This document shows positions 8,534 through 17,448 of a stretch of DNA of 42,591 bases, piece after piece. A program made the position numbers and the translations under genes. The notes beneath the pieces are model-generated. The model was not told the DNA's origin, did no database searches, and was given only the letters and a program-made list of their open reading frames with translations. The DNA comes from Elusimicrobia bacterium RIFOXYA2_FULL_50_26 (lineage in GTDB: Bacteria > Elusimicrobiota > Endomicrobiia > Endomicrobiales > XYA2-FULL-47-53): the NCBI GenBank assembly GCA_001800355.1, contig MGVF01000038.1, forward strand, positions 1 to 42,591, read 5' to 3'. Each line of letters starts with the position of its first letter. The first letter of the stretch is position 1.

Positions 8534-9739
8534 GTGAAAATGAACTCCATGGAAAATCTCTCAAAAATAGCAACGCTCCTGATAACCGTGATCATGATTC
8601 TAGTCCATGCTCAACAGTTACCCGCCGCATTTTCAAACACAATAACCTTCCAGGGTAAACTTACCGACGACTCAGGCAACGCCTTAAGCGGTAATTACGA
8701 TTTCACTTTCAAGATTTATTCCATTGTTACGGAAGGAACTTTGCTCTGGGAAGAGGATCACGATTCAATCGTGGTTGCAAACGGGCTTTATTCCGTGCTG
8801 CTGGGTGAGAATACGCCCCTGGGACTTGATTTTAACGCGGATTACTGGCTTGAAATAAATGTAAGTCCCGCGGGCGAAAATTCATTTGAAAGGTTATTGC
8901 CAAGGCACCGTTTGGCGATGGCTCCCTACTCCGCCAACTCAGCCCGGCTTGGCGGCCTGGGTTCGGACAGTTTTGTTAATTCCACAAATCCCTACTGGCT
9001 TGTTCTTACCACCGGCGGCGTTACCTCGCTTCATACCCACGATGCCGGTTCCGTAATAAATCATCTTGACAGCGGCGAATACTACAATGATGTAAAAGTA
9101 TCCAGCGCAATCTGTTCAGACAGGCTTTCCGGGTTCGCTTACAGCCATTTTGTTACCACTTCCACGACACAGGTAATAAACGGGGCCAAGACGTTTACAG
9201 GCAATATGAACGCGGCCGAAAATTTGAACATTGGCGGGCCGGGATACTCGGTTAATTTTTCCAGCAACGTTTCGGTAGGTGATTTGTTGCAAGCCGAGAC
9301 GGCAACTATAAACGAATTAAGCGTTAATTCCCTCAAAAAAGCGCCGGGCGTGGTTGTCCTTCTGTACTGTGATGAAACACAGGGTGTGGACGTCAATGAT
9401 ACAACATCCGAGACAAACAGCAAGGCGTACCTGCTTGCGGCCAATAACTATTCAAGGATTATAGTTGAAAGTGAAGTTTACACGTATAATCTGCGTAACG
9501 CCAATGATATTCCTGAAATAACAGTGTCGCTTCTGATTGGTTTTAATGAGAAGACTTTCACGTTTCGCAATATAGGCACAACCGATACGAACTCCGGGAG
9601 TAAGGTCAATAGTACGCTGAAATTCAGCGCAGTACAAAATAATGCGGCATGGATAGTGGTAAGCATTGACCCGGATACGGCGGATAACGATATCGGGGGG
9701 CGGGCATTAAGCTTAAGGGTGTACGGCGTATTACCCTGA
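8534..9739 (+). CDS. Secreted phage-tail-fibre-like protein (long paralog)
   Basis: Signal peptide. N-domain ITFQGKLTD..G.YDFTF..W.E..NGLYSV.LG..YWLE..PRHRL..APY. Shaft motifs LGGLGSDSFV, LHTHD, QVINGAKTFTG. Beta-rich C-terminal head. AAGGA lies 8 nt before GTG 8534; ATG 8540 and 8549 are alternative starts. Confidence 0.7.
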   Translation: MKMNSMENLSKIATLLITVIMILVHAQQLPAAFSNTITFQGKLTDDSGNALSGNYDFTFKIYSIVTEGTLLWEEDHDSIVVANGLYSVLLGENTPLGLDFNADYWLEINVSPAGENSFERLLPRHRLAMAPYSANSARLGGLGSDSFVNSTNPYWLVLTTGGVTSLHTHDAGSVINHLDSGEYYNDVKVSSAICSDRLSGFAYSHFVTTSTTQVINGAKTFTGNMNAAENLNIGGPGYSVNFSSNVSVGDLLQAETATINELSVNSLKKAPGVVVLLYCDETQGVDVNDTTSETNSKAYLLAANNYSRIIVESEVYTYNLRNANDIPEITVSLLIGFNEKTFTFRNIGTTDTNSGSKVNSTLKFSAVQNNAAWIVVSIDPDTADNDIGGRALSLRVYGVLP

Positions 9740-9759
9740 TTTTTAGAGGATTCAATAAA

Positions 9760-10380
9760 ATGCGATTTATAAATAGTGGTTTTTTTGTTTTGTTTTTGAT
9801 CCTGTCGGTGTTAACGGCAGATATTTCAGGCGCGTTGCCCGGTGTTATCAGTTTCCAGGGGAAACTGACCGATGCCGACAATAACAGTGTCAACGGTTCA
9901 TATGATTTTAAATTCACATTGTACGATAATGCCACGTCAGATTCCGAAGTGTATAAGATCTGGACCGAGACGCAGTATGGAATAGCCGTTTCAAACGGGT
10001 TGTACAGCGTCGAGTTAGGCAGAGCCAACCCGGAACTTTCGGCAATAACATTCAACGCGCCTTACTGGCTCCAGGTAGAGGTTTCACCTGCCGGTTTGGG
10101 AAGTTACGAAACGTTTTCCCCGCGTCACCGGCTTACCGAGGCTCCCTACGCATTTAGAAGCGAATACGCCAACAATCTTGCTGCTTCAAGCGTCGTTATA
10201 AGCACTATAACCGCATCCAGCATTTCCGTTTCCAATACTTTTAAAATGCCCGTAGTAACCAATTTGCCGGCAACTCCGTCTTCCATAGGCATGTTATATT
10301 ACAGGACGTCAGACAACACTGTACACGTTTCAACTGGTACTGCGTTTAATGCCTGGCGGCAGCTTAACTGGCAGCCGTAA
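9760..10380 (+). CDS. Secreted fibre-like protein (short paralog sharing the N-terminal domain)
   Basis: Signal peptide. ISFQGKLTD..GSYDFKF..NGLYSVELG..YWLQVEVSPAG..PRHRLTEAPY aligns with 8534-9739. C-terminal GMLYYRTSDNTVHV..W resembles fibre knob segments. Confidence 0.7.
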   Translation: MRFINSGFFVLFLILSVLTADISGALPGVISFQGKLTDADNNSVNGSYDFKFTLYDNATSDSEVYKIWTETQYGIAVSNGLYSVELGRANPELSAITFNAPYWLQVEVSPAGLGSYETFSPRHRLTEAPYAFRSEYANNLAASSVVISTITASSISVSNTFKMPVVTNLPATPSSIGMLYYRTSDNTVHVSTGTAFNAWRQLNWQP

Positions 10381-10386
10381 TATAAA

Positions 10387-11613
10387 ATGAATTTATTAAA
10401 AAAGTGCGTATTATTTTTCCTTCTTACGGTCGCCGTCCCCGATGGTTGGGCGAACCTGTCCACGGGTACGAGTGTTTCTTCTTTTGATGTTTACAGTTGC
10501 GGGTTTAGCACAGCGTCTTCATCTTCTTACAGAAACTTCGGATTGGTCGGCCAGGCCGCCTGCGGAGCTTCCGCGAGTGCGAGTTATAAGAATTACGCGG
10601 GTTTTGTCCCTGCTTTCGTGCTTATACTGGACGTGGTTATATCGTTCATTGACGAGTCGCCCTCTTCCGGCGAATGGCAGCAAACCACCAATGTAACCTG
10701 CCATATAACGGTGGAGACATTAGAGGGTAATCCCGTTTCAGGAGTAAAATACCGCATTGCAAGCGAAGGCGCGGACGAAGCCGTATTTTCACCGTGGCGG
10801 AGCGATGCCGTTATCGAAACAACCTACAGCGGCAGCGAGGTGCGCTTCCAGGCGGCAATTCCAGGCGCGGCGCTGGACTCGTTTGCCGAGGGACAGGACA
10901 ATTTTATACAATGGCGCGCAAAAAATTCCGGCGGCGTGGAAGCGTTTTCCGGTAAATATCGCGTGCGCGTCATGGCAAACGATGCTCCTGAAATTGCCAT
11001 ACTGCAACCCGATGAGAAAAGCGGCGTCGCTTCCGACAGGCTTTTTGTTGAGGCGCAGTTGACGGATGCATGCTGGGGCATAGACGAGAATTCCGTTGAG
11101 CTTAAGCTGGATGATGCCAATAACTCTAATATCGCTCTTGTTACATCAGCCGCAAACCCGGGAATATATTCGGCGCCTTCCGGTAAGGTTTCCTATACTT
11201 ATGCCGGTGCGCCTCTTGCGCCGGGGGCTACTTATAAACTGACCGTTTCGGCAACTGACAAAAACGGCAAAAATAGCTCTTCGGTTCTTTCGTTTAAGTT
11301 GTTAGGGGGGGCGATCCCGGATATTGTGCCTTACCCTTCGCCGTTTGATCCAAAGAAGGAGAGCGTGGCCATACGTTATGTGTTGCGCAAGGATTCAGGA
11401 GTAAGCATTAACGTATACGATATGTCGGGCCGGCTTGTTAAAGAGGTCATTGATAACGAACCACGGAAGGCTGGAACGTGTGAGGATACGTGGACGGGAC
11501 GGAATTATGCCGGCGAAGGCCTGGCAAACGGCGTTTATTTCTGCGAGGTCGTGGCAACGGATGATGAAGGAGAACACCGCCGCTATTCTTCGCTGGCTAT
11601 TTTCGGAAAATAA
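10387..11613 (+). CDS. Secreted Ig-fold protein with T9SS type-A-CTD/FlgD-Ig-like C-terminal domain
   Basis: Signal peptide. C-terminal IVPYPSPFDP..IRYVL..INVYDMSGRLVK..WTGRNYAGEGLANGVYF. N-terminal S-rich SYRNFGLVGQ..SYKNYAGF motif. Confidence 0.8.
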   Translation: MNLLKKCVLFFLLTVAVPDGWANLSTGTSVSSFDVYSCGFSTASSSSYRNFGLVGQAACGASASASYKNYAGFVPAFVLILDVVISFIDESPSSGEWQQTTNVTCHITVETLEGNPVSGVKYRIASEGADEAVFSPWRSDAVIETTYSGSEVRFQAAIPGAALDSFAEGQDNFIQWRAKNSGGVEAFSGKYRVRVMANDAPEIAILQPDEKSGVASDRLFVEAQLTDACWGIDENSVELKLDDANNSNIALVTSAANPGIYSAPSGKVSYTYAGAPLAPGATYKLTVSATDKNGKNSSSVLSFKLLGGAIPDIVPYPSPFDPKKESVAIRYVLRKDSGVSINVYDMSGRLVKEVIDNEPRKAGTCEDTWTGRNYAGEGLANGVYFCEVVATDDEGEHRRYSSLAIFGK

Positions 11614-11614
11614 C

Positions 11615-12664
11615 ATGCGCCATCTTATTATACCCGGCCTAATCAGCCTGCTTATGGTGTTGTGGTGTTGCCCTGCGTATGCCGAGGCAAACCCCGCCGC
11701 CTTTCTAAATACCGGCGTCGGTGTGCGCGCCATGGGCATGGGCGGCGCCTATACCTCGATAAGCGATGATCCATCGGCAATGTATTGGAACCCTGCCGGT
11801 GTGGCAAAAATTCAGCGGCTTGGCATAACTGTCATGGGGCAATCAATGGGCGCGGCGCGTTGGGATACGCTTTCCGATGTTACGCCGGTATACCAGTTTG
11901 TAGGTATTATTTTACCATTGCAGTCATTGAACTTTATTAATATACTTGGTGATGATAACGCGGTGGGTATCGGGTATATAAGTAATGCCCTTGGCGGGGT
12001 CCCGTATACTTTTCTGGACGATTCGGGTGTTATCGTGCGTGAAGAATTTGATGACAGGGAGTGTGCGTGGTTTTTATCGTACGGCTTTTCGCTTTTGGGT
12101 ATGGATTCGTTGTTGCTCGGCGGTACTTTAAAGTACATAACGCAGGAGTTTACGCGCATAGAAGGAGCCAGTGCCAGCGGTTATGATTTTGATGCAGGGA
12201 TGATTTATTCCCTGGACGAAGGCTTTAACGTGGGTGTTCTACTTCAGCGCGGGGCCGAGCTTCAATGGGCTAACGGCCACACGGATGCCGGGCCGTTTAC
12301 TACAAAATTAGGGGTTTCCAAAAAGTTTGTCTTACCCGAAAGCTTCTCCGTGCTTGGAAGCGCGGATATTGTCCAGCGGCAGACAACGCCCCTTTTTTCA
12401 CATTTTGGCGCGGAGCTTGGGTATGAGCAGGAGCATGGCGGGGAAATATTCAGCATGGAAGGTATTTTTCTTCGACTGGGGCTCGACGGCGTGGCGCTCG
12501 AAGACAGGTATGAATACCGTGATAAAATAAATAACAACGTCAATTTTACGGCCGGTATCGGCGTAAAGTTTTCGTACAGGAAATTCGGCATTCAACTTGA
12601 TTATGCCATGGGTTCATACCGTTTAGGAGACAAAAACAGGTTTTCGTTGAATATATATTTATAA
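11615..12664 (+). CDS. PorV/PorQ-family (FadL-like) outer-membrane beta-barrel
   Basis: Start reassigned to ATG 11615, directly after the upstream stop, which gives a signal peptide. AAFLNTGVGVRAMGMGGAYTSISDDPSAMYWNPAG motif, amphipathic strands, C-terminal QLDYA..RFSLNIYL. Confidence 0.82.
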   Translation: MRHLIIPGLISLLMVLWCCPAYAEANPAAFLNTGVGVRAMGMGGAYTSISDDPSAMYWNPAGVAKIQRLGITVMGQSMGAARWDTLSDVTPVYQFVGIILPLQSLNFINILGDDNAVGIGYISNALGGVPYTFLDDSGVIVREEFDDRECAWFLSYGFSLLGMDSLLLGGTLKYITQEFTRIEGASASGYDFDAGMIYSLDEGFNVGVLLQRGAELQWANGHTDAGPFTTKLGVSKKFVLPESFSVLGSADIVQRQTTPLFSHFGAELGYEQEHGGEIFSMEGIFLRLGLDGVALEDRYEYRDKINNNVNFTAGIGVKFSYRKFGIQLDYAMGSYRLGDKNRFSLNIYL

Positions 12665-12676
12665 AGGATTGCAATC

Positions 12677-13666
12677 ATGAAAAAACATTGCCGTTACATT
12701 ACGCTGATCGTGAGTGTTGTGTTTTTCGCAGGGGCAGCCGCCAGGTGTTTTGCAGACAAGAAAGATGTTACCGACCCCGTGTTGAAGGAAATAATTTCAT
12801 CCTTCGGCGACCGGATGCCGAAATTTATTGACAAGCACGGTGCCGACATTTTTGTTGTTGACGGCACGGTAACGCGCGGCGCTTTAATGCAGGTGTTCTA
12901 TGAGTATGATAAATCGCTTAAAATCCCCAGGAAAGAAGCCGTTTCCAGGCAGGAATTAGACGAGATTAAAAGAAAATTGGCCATCCTGGAAAAGAATATC
13001 ATGGCGCCTCCTCCTTCGCTGGCGAAAAACGATATGATGCAATTAATAAACGAACTAATGCCGAATATGCCTGCGCTTCTGGATAACAGCCTTATGAATT
13101 CCAAGGTATTCGCCAGCCTCAGGGACCAGGTGCATTCCGCGAATTCCGCCGGAACAGCCACCTCCGCCGGCACTGTTGACACCCGCGAAATTGATGAGCT
13201 TGGCAACAGGATCGCGCTGCTTGAAAAAAAGTTGTTGAATGCGCCGGTTGCGGCTAAACACAACGCTTCATCTGATGATACCGCACGCTTACAACAGGCG
13301 GTTGCCGGCATGGACCAGAGGTTGAAAAAACTGGAGGGAAGGCCACAGGCAACGGCCAGCGGTGTTTCCGGGACGGATATAAATAAAATCATAGGGGAGT
13401 TGCGTCCGGAAATAGATGATATAGTGAACGAAAGCGTAAAGGATTCAAATGCGGATTCCAAAAGTTCCTCAAGAGAGATGCTGAAAAATATTGCAAAAAC
13501 GCGCAGCGATATCGCCAAAATCAACCGGCGGCTTGAAACGATTGAAACAAAATCCGGCGCCCAGGCCAGAAAGAACGGCGGAACAAGCTTGTCTTCGGCG
13601 GGATCTACATTGACCAAGGTAACACTGGGTCTTAGCATGGTCGCCGCGTTTTTTATCGCCCGGTAG
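12677..13666 (+). CDS. Exported coiled-coil protein with SLH-like motif and C-terminal hydrophobic anchor
   Basis: Signal peptide, DGTVTRGALMQVFYEY (SLH-like), repeated heptads (ELDEIKRKLAILEK, EIDELGNRIALLEK, DIAKINRRLETIE), C-terminal VTLGLSMVAAFFIAR. Confidence 0.65.
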   Translation: MKKHCRYITLIVSVVFFAGAAARCFADKKDVTDPVLKEIISSFGDRMPKFIDKHGADIFVVDGTVTRGALMQVFYEYDKSLKIPRKEAVSRQELDEIKRKLAILEKNIMAPPPSLAKNDMMQLINELMPNMPALLDNSLMNSKVFASLRDQVHSANSAGTATSAGTVDTREIDELGNRIALLEKKLLNAPVAAKHNASSDDTARLQQAVAGMDQRLKKLEGRPQATASGVSGTDINKIIGELRPEIDDIVNESVKDSNADSKSSSREMLKNIAKTRSDIAKINRRLETIETKSGAQARKNGGTSLSSAGSTLTKVTLGLSMVAAFFIAR

Positions 13667-13694
13667 AAGCGACTAACCAACAGGAGAATTTGGT

Positions 13695-15956
13695 ATGCCA
13701 AAAGTTATACTGGAGAAAAAAGCGGAAGTTATGGCCGAATTCAATTTTTCCCGGAAGAAAGCCATCACCGTGGGAAGCGGCAAGGAAAACGACATAGTAA
13801 TAAAGGACAAAAGCGTTTCCGAACACCATTGCACTATTTCATATAAAGACGGCAAATATGAGCTAAAAGATAATAATACACTTTCCGGCACGCAGGTGGA
13901 TGGGCGTTCCGTAACTATTTATGAACTTCGCATGGGAAATCGGATAACGGTCGGGGGACATTCTGTTGTATTCAGGTCTATTCAATCGCGCAGGGCAAAA
14001 GCAGTCGCCCCAAAAGAAACCGACGATGATTCATTTTCCGGTGGCCCGGGCGAGGACAAGATGCTATTTCTTCTCGGCATATACGGAAAATTTGAAGGTA
14101 AGAAATACGAGATAAAAAACGGCGAGACCTTTATAGGGAGGGAAGAAGTAACCCCCAGGGGAATACCTAACGACATCGTCCTTACTGATGATATGACTGT
14201 TTCCAAGGGACACGCCAGGATAACGCGCGCCGGTGACAAGTGCATATTGACCGATACGGGAAGCACCGGTGGCGTAGGCATAAACGGCGCAAAGGTAGGC
14301 CAGCTGAATGACGTCGAGATTAAGCCCGGCGACGAGATAGCGATAGGAAGAACTATTTTTCGTTTTACAGGCGGCGATCCCGATTATTCAGCGCCTAAGC
14401 GTTACGGTGCGGCGTTTATGAAAATCCGCAGGGTTCTAAACGCAACGGTTATTTTGGCCGTGGTGCTGTCTTCCTTATTCTACCTGTTTAAAGGTTTCAA
14501 CGGTATTTCAATCATAAATAGTTCGCCGGAGAGGATTGTTATCCGTTTCGACGAGTCATGGCAGGCAAAGGGTAACACGTCTCATCCCGCGCCGGAAGTT
14601 TATGACATAACTTCTTCTCCCGCTCTTGGCGACATAAACAAAGATGGTGTCAATGATATAGTTTTCGTCAATGCGGCCGGCCAGTTATCCGCATATAACG
14701 GCAAAACGGGTACTACCCTCTGGAGTCCGGTGGAAGTGCAGGCGCCCGGGAAGGCCTCGCCCGTGCTTGCCGACATGAATAATGACGGTGTAACGGACGT
14801 AGTCGTGCTTTCCGGGACATCCATGATTTATGTTATAGACGGCCAGGCCGGGGTAGTAATACACAAGGATATGCTTGGCGGCACGATCAGCGATATGTCG
14901 CCCGCGGTGGCGGACATAAACCTCGACGGCAGGCGCGACATCGTGGCTTGCTCCGAAGAAGGAACGGTGTATTTTATTTATTCGCCGGGTTTTGAGCTGG
15001 CTGCGGAAAAGTTACTGGAAACCGTGGAGGGCCCGGTATATGCGTCGCCGGTTATTATAGCCACAAGAAAAATTTCTCCCCTGGTCGTGATAAGTTCATA
15101 TAACAGCAAGCTGTTCTTGTTCAGCGGCAGTTCGCGCGATAAGAAAACGATAGATCTGGTGGAAAGAACAGGCAAGGCGCACCTGATACAATCTTCACCC
15201 GGGTCGGGAGACTTGAACGGGGACGGTATACCGGAATTAATCGTGCAATCGAGCATACCGCAGTATATATCGGCGGTGGACATATCCGGTTTTGAAGTGA
15301 AATGGACTTATTTTGTGGATCCTGTGCCGCCTGCCGAGTTAAAACATAATTCGACGCCGCTTGTTTTTGACATGGACCGCGATGGCGGCGGCGATGTCCT
15401 GGCGCTTTCAGGCAATGGAACTGTATACGGCTTGAAAGGTAAAACGGGTTATCCCGCGGGCGAGTTGTTGTGGAAGTATACCTTTCCTTCGGCGAACAGG
15501 ATTATCTCATCTCCTGCGCTATTTGATTTTAATAAAGATGGCATGCAGGATGCCGTGTTCGGGGGAGAGGACGGAACTATCCATATCTTTGACGGTTTCG
15601 CGGGCAAACGTGAAACCGGCAGGATACTCGCCGCCGTTAAGGCAAGCAATGCTGCAATAACCTCATCCGTCGCCCTGGGTGATGCTGATGGGGACGGCAT
15701 GATGGAGGTGGTATATGGCGATATTGCCGATTCCTTGCAAGTGCTGCGCACGAACGCGAAGGTATTTAAAGCCAGGGTATATTGGCCCATGTTCCTCGGG
15801 GACGCGGCGCATGCCAGTTCTGGCAGCCCGGATCAGGCTGGCCCGTACATTATAATGGTAATGTCTTCGCTAGTGGCGTTGATCATCCTGGCATTGGTTG
15901 AAATAATGCTGAAGAAACGGCAACTGACTAAGAGGCCGCGCGTAGTTTATATTTAA
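13695..15956 (+). CDS. Membrane protein: two N-terminal FHA domains, TM, FG-GAP/VCBS Ca-binding beta-propeller, second TM
   Basis: FHA1 ITVGS..VSEHH..SGT; FHA2 FIGR..VSKGHA..STGG. Seven S(P)xxxDxxxDG repeats. WPMFLGDAAH closing motif, C-terminal TM and basic tail. AGGAG RBS. Confidence 0.88.
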   Translation: MPKVILEKKAEVMAEFNFSRKKAITVGSGKENDIVIKDKSVSEHHCTISYKDGKYELKDNNTLSGTQVDGRSVTIYELRMGNRITVGGHSVVFRSIQSRRAKAVAPKETDDDSFSGGPGEDKMLFLLGIYGKFEGKKYEIKNGETFIGREEVTPRGIPNDIVLTDDMTVSKGHARITRAGDKCILTDTGSTGGVGINGAKVGQLNDVEIKPGDEIAIGRTIFRFTGGDPDYSAPKRYGAAFMKIRRVLNATVILAVVLSSLFYLFKGFNGISIINSSPERIVIRFDESWQAKGNTSHPAPEVYDITSSPALGDINKDGVNDIVFVNAAGQLSAYNGKTGTTLWSPVEVQAPGKASPVLADMNNDGVTDVVVLSGTSMIYVIDGQAGVVIHKDMLGGTISDMSPAVADINLDGRRDIVACSEEGTVYFIYSPGFELAAEKLLETVEGPVYASPVIIATRKISPLVVISSYNSKLFLFSGSSRDKKTIDLVERTGKAHLIQSSPGSGDLNGDGIPELIVQSSIPQYISAVDISGFEVKWTYFVDPVPPAELKHNSTPLVFDMDRDGGGDVLALSGNGTVYGLKGKTGYPAGELLWKYTFPSANRIISSPALFDFNKDGMQDAVFGGEDGTIHIFDGFAGKRETGRILAAVKASNAAITSSVALGDADGDGMMEVVYGDIADSLQVLRTNAKVFKARVYWPMFLGDAAHASSGSPDQAGPYIIMVMSSLVALIILALVEIMLKKRQLTKRPRVVYI

Positions 15957-15983
15957 TTTTTCAAGTTGTTCAGGAGGAGAAGT

Positions 15984-17438
15984 GTGAAGGTTACGTATTT
16001 TGCAAAAACGGACGCCGGTAAAGTGCGAAGGGAAAACCAGGACAGCTATGCAATCCTGGAATCGGAAAATCTTTTCGCGGTTTACGACGGCATGGGCGGC
16101 GGGGCGGCGGGAGATTTTGCCAGCCGGTGCGCAGCCGATATTGTAATGGCGTCTTTATGCTCCCTTAAGAAAAAGGACGTGGCGGCTGTCGCCGGTGGTG
16201 GTTCTCCGGAGATCGGAGAGGACGCACAGCGCATTATCTCGGCGGTTCGCATGGCAAACCATGTTCTTTTTAAATTTTCTGAAGCATATACGCGCCTGGC
16301 GGGCATGGGGACTACGGCTGCAATTATAAAATACGATGCTGCTAACAGTGTTATGCACATATTTCATGTCGGAGACAGCCGTGTTTATCGTCTTCGCGGT
16401 GATGCTCTTGAGCTTCTAACCAAGGATCATTCCAAGGTTACCGAGCTTGTTGAGCAGGGCAAGATGCGGGAAGATGAAATAAATATGGTCGAAATACAGA
16501 GTATGATAACACGCGCCCTGGGCATTCAGCATACTGTTAAAATAGATTATCGCATGGAGTATATGAAACCGGGAGATCTGGTTTTGCTTTGCTCCGACGG
16601 CCTTTCCAGCGAAATTGATGATGCCGCCATAAGTAGAATAATGCTGGGCAACGGCGGAGACATCAGAAAGATTACGGAGCAACTGATAAACTCGGCGAAT
16701 GCCGCGGGCGGGAAAGATAATGATACCGTCATAACTCTGAAATTCAATGCAAGCCACGCATTTTTACCTTCCAGTAAGCCAGCCGGCTCCGGTTTCGGCG
16801 CCGTAATGACCGTGTCCGGTGAAACGCCACCGCAGCTTGCGGCGGAGCGGCACCTGGCAAATAGCATTATCGAAGCAGCCAGGATAAAGATACCGGTGTC
16901 AGCCATGGAAAAGAGTATATTCACCAATCCGCTCTATCTTGGCGCGGCCATAACTTTGCTTGTGATAGGTATTGCCGGCTCAGTAGCGCATTTTTCCATT
17001 AGCAAACCGGAAAGGGAGCTTACGGATCTGACGGGTAAAATTGCGGGGCTTCGCCTGGAAGTGCGGGCGCCGTCCGCAGACCAGATAGCGTTGTTTAAAA
17101 AAGCGGACGACAGGATTCAGAAAATGCAGCTATTGCAGGATTGGCACCTTGATACCGTTAATACGACCGTGCCTGTGAAGGGCGCCGAGCTGCGCATAAT
17201 GAAAAACGGCGTGGAAAAATTCAGCGCGGTTACTGCCGGCGTTCCGATTGATGTAAATCTTGACGGTGGCAATTACATTGTGGGGATAAAATATAAAAAC
17301 CACCGCATAATAAATCATAATCTTAACTTAAAAGAAACTATTCGCGTTCCGGTTGAGAAATCAGAGAATCTTCAACCGGTTACGATACTTTTGGTGCCGG
17401 ATAACATTATGTCAGCGCCCGATACCGGCAGGGAATAA
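15984..17438 (+). CDS. PP2C/PPM-family (Stp1/PrpC-like) Ser/Thr phosphatase with TM and extracytoplasmic domain
   Basis: TDAGKVRRENQD, DGMGG, HVGDSRVY, LCSDGL, GGKDN; TM LYLGAAITLLVIGIAG. Start set at GTG 15984 behind AGGAGG (15972-15977). Confidence 0.92.
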   Translation: MKVTYFAKTDAGKVRRENQDSYAILESENLFAVYDGMGGGAAGDFASRCAADIVMASLCSLKKKDVAAVAGGGSPEIGEDAQRIISAVRMANHVLFKFSEAYTRLAGMGTTAAIIKYDAANSVMHIFHVGDSRVYRLRGDALELLTKDHSKVTELVEQGKMREDEINMVEIQSMITRALGIQHTVKIDYRMEYMKPGDLVLLCSDGLSSEIDDAAISRIMLGNGGDIRKITEQLINSANAAGGKDNDTVITLKFNASHAFLPSSKPAGSGFGAVMTVSGETPPQLAAERHLANSIIEAARIKIPVSAMEKSIFTNPLYLGAAITLLVIGIAGSVAHFSISKPERELTDLTGKIAGLRLEVRAPSADQIALFKKADDRIQKMQLLQDWHLDTVNTTVPVKGAELRIMKNGVEKFSAVTAGVPIDVNLDGGNYIVGIKYKNHRIINHNLNLKETIRVPVEKSENLQPVTILLVPDNIMSAPDTGRE

Positions 17439-17448
17439 GGAGGAGCAG

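Noticed and set aside
8534-10380. Prophage tail genes
   Set aside because: Both proteins have Sec signal peptides, and there are no capsid, terminase, integrase or baseplate genes nearby.
11435-11614. Extended N-termini given by the ORF track (11435, 15966, 17353, 30368)
   Set aside because: They overlap upstream genes or ignore clear RBS, signal-peptide or family starts at 11615, 15984, 17449 and 30410.
12898-13701. 267-aa minus-strand ORF, and other long antisense ORFs such as 4325-4948, 6308-6976 and 40748-41404
   Set aside because: They lie antisense to well-supported + strand genes and have no recognisable motifs; they are shadow ORFs.
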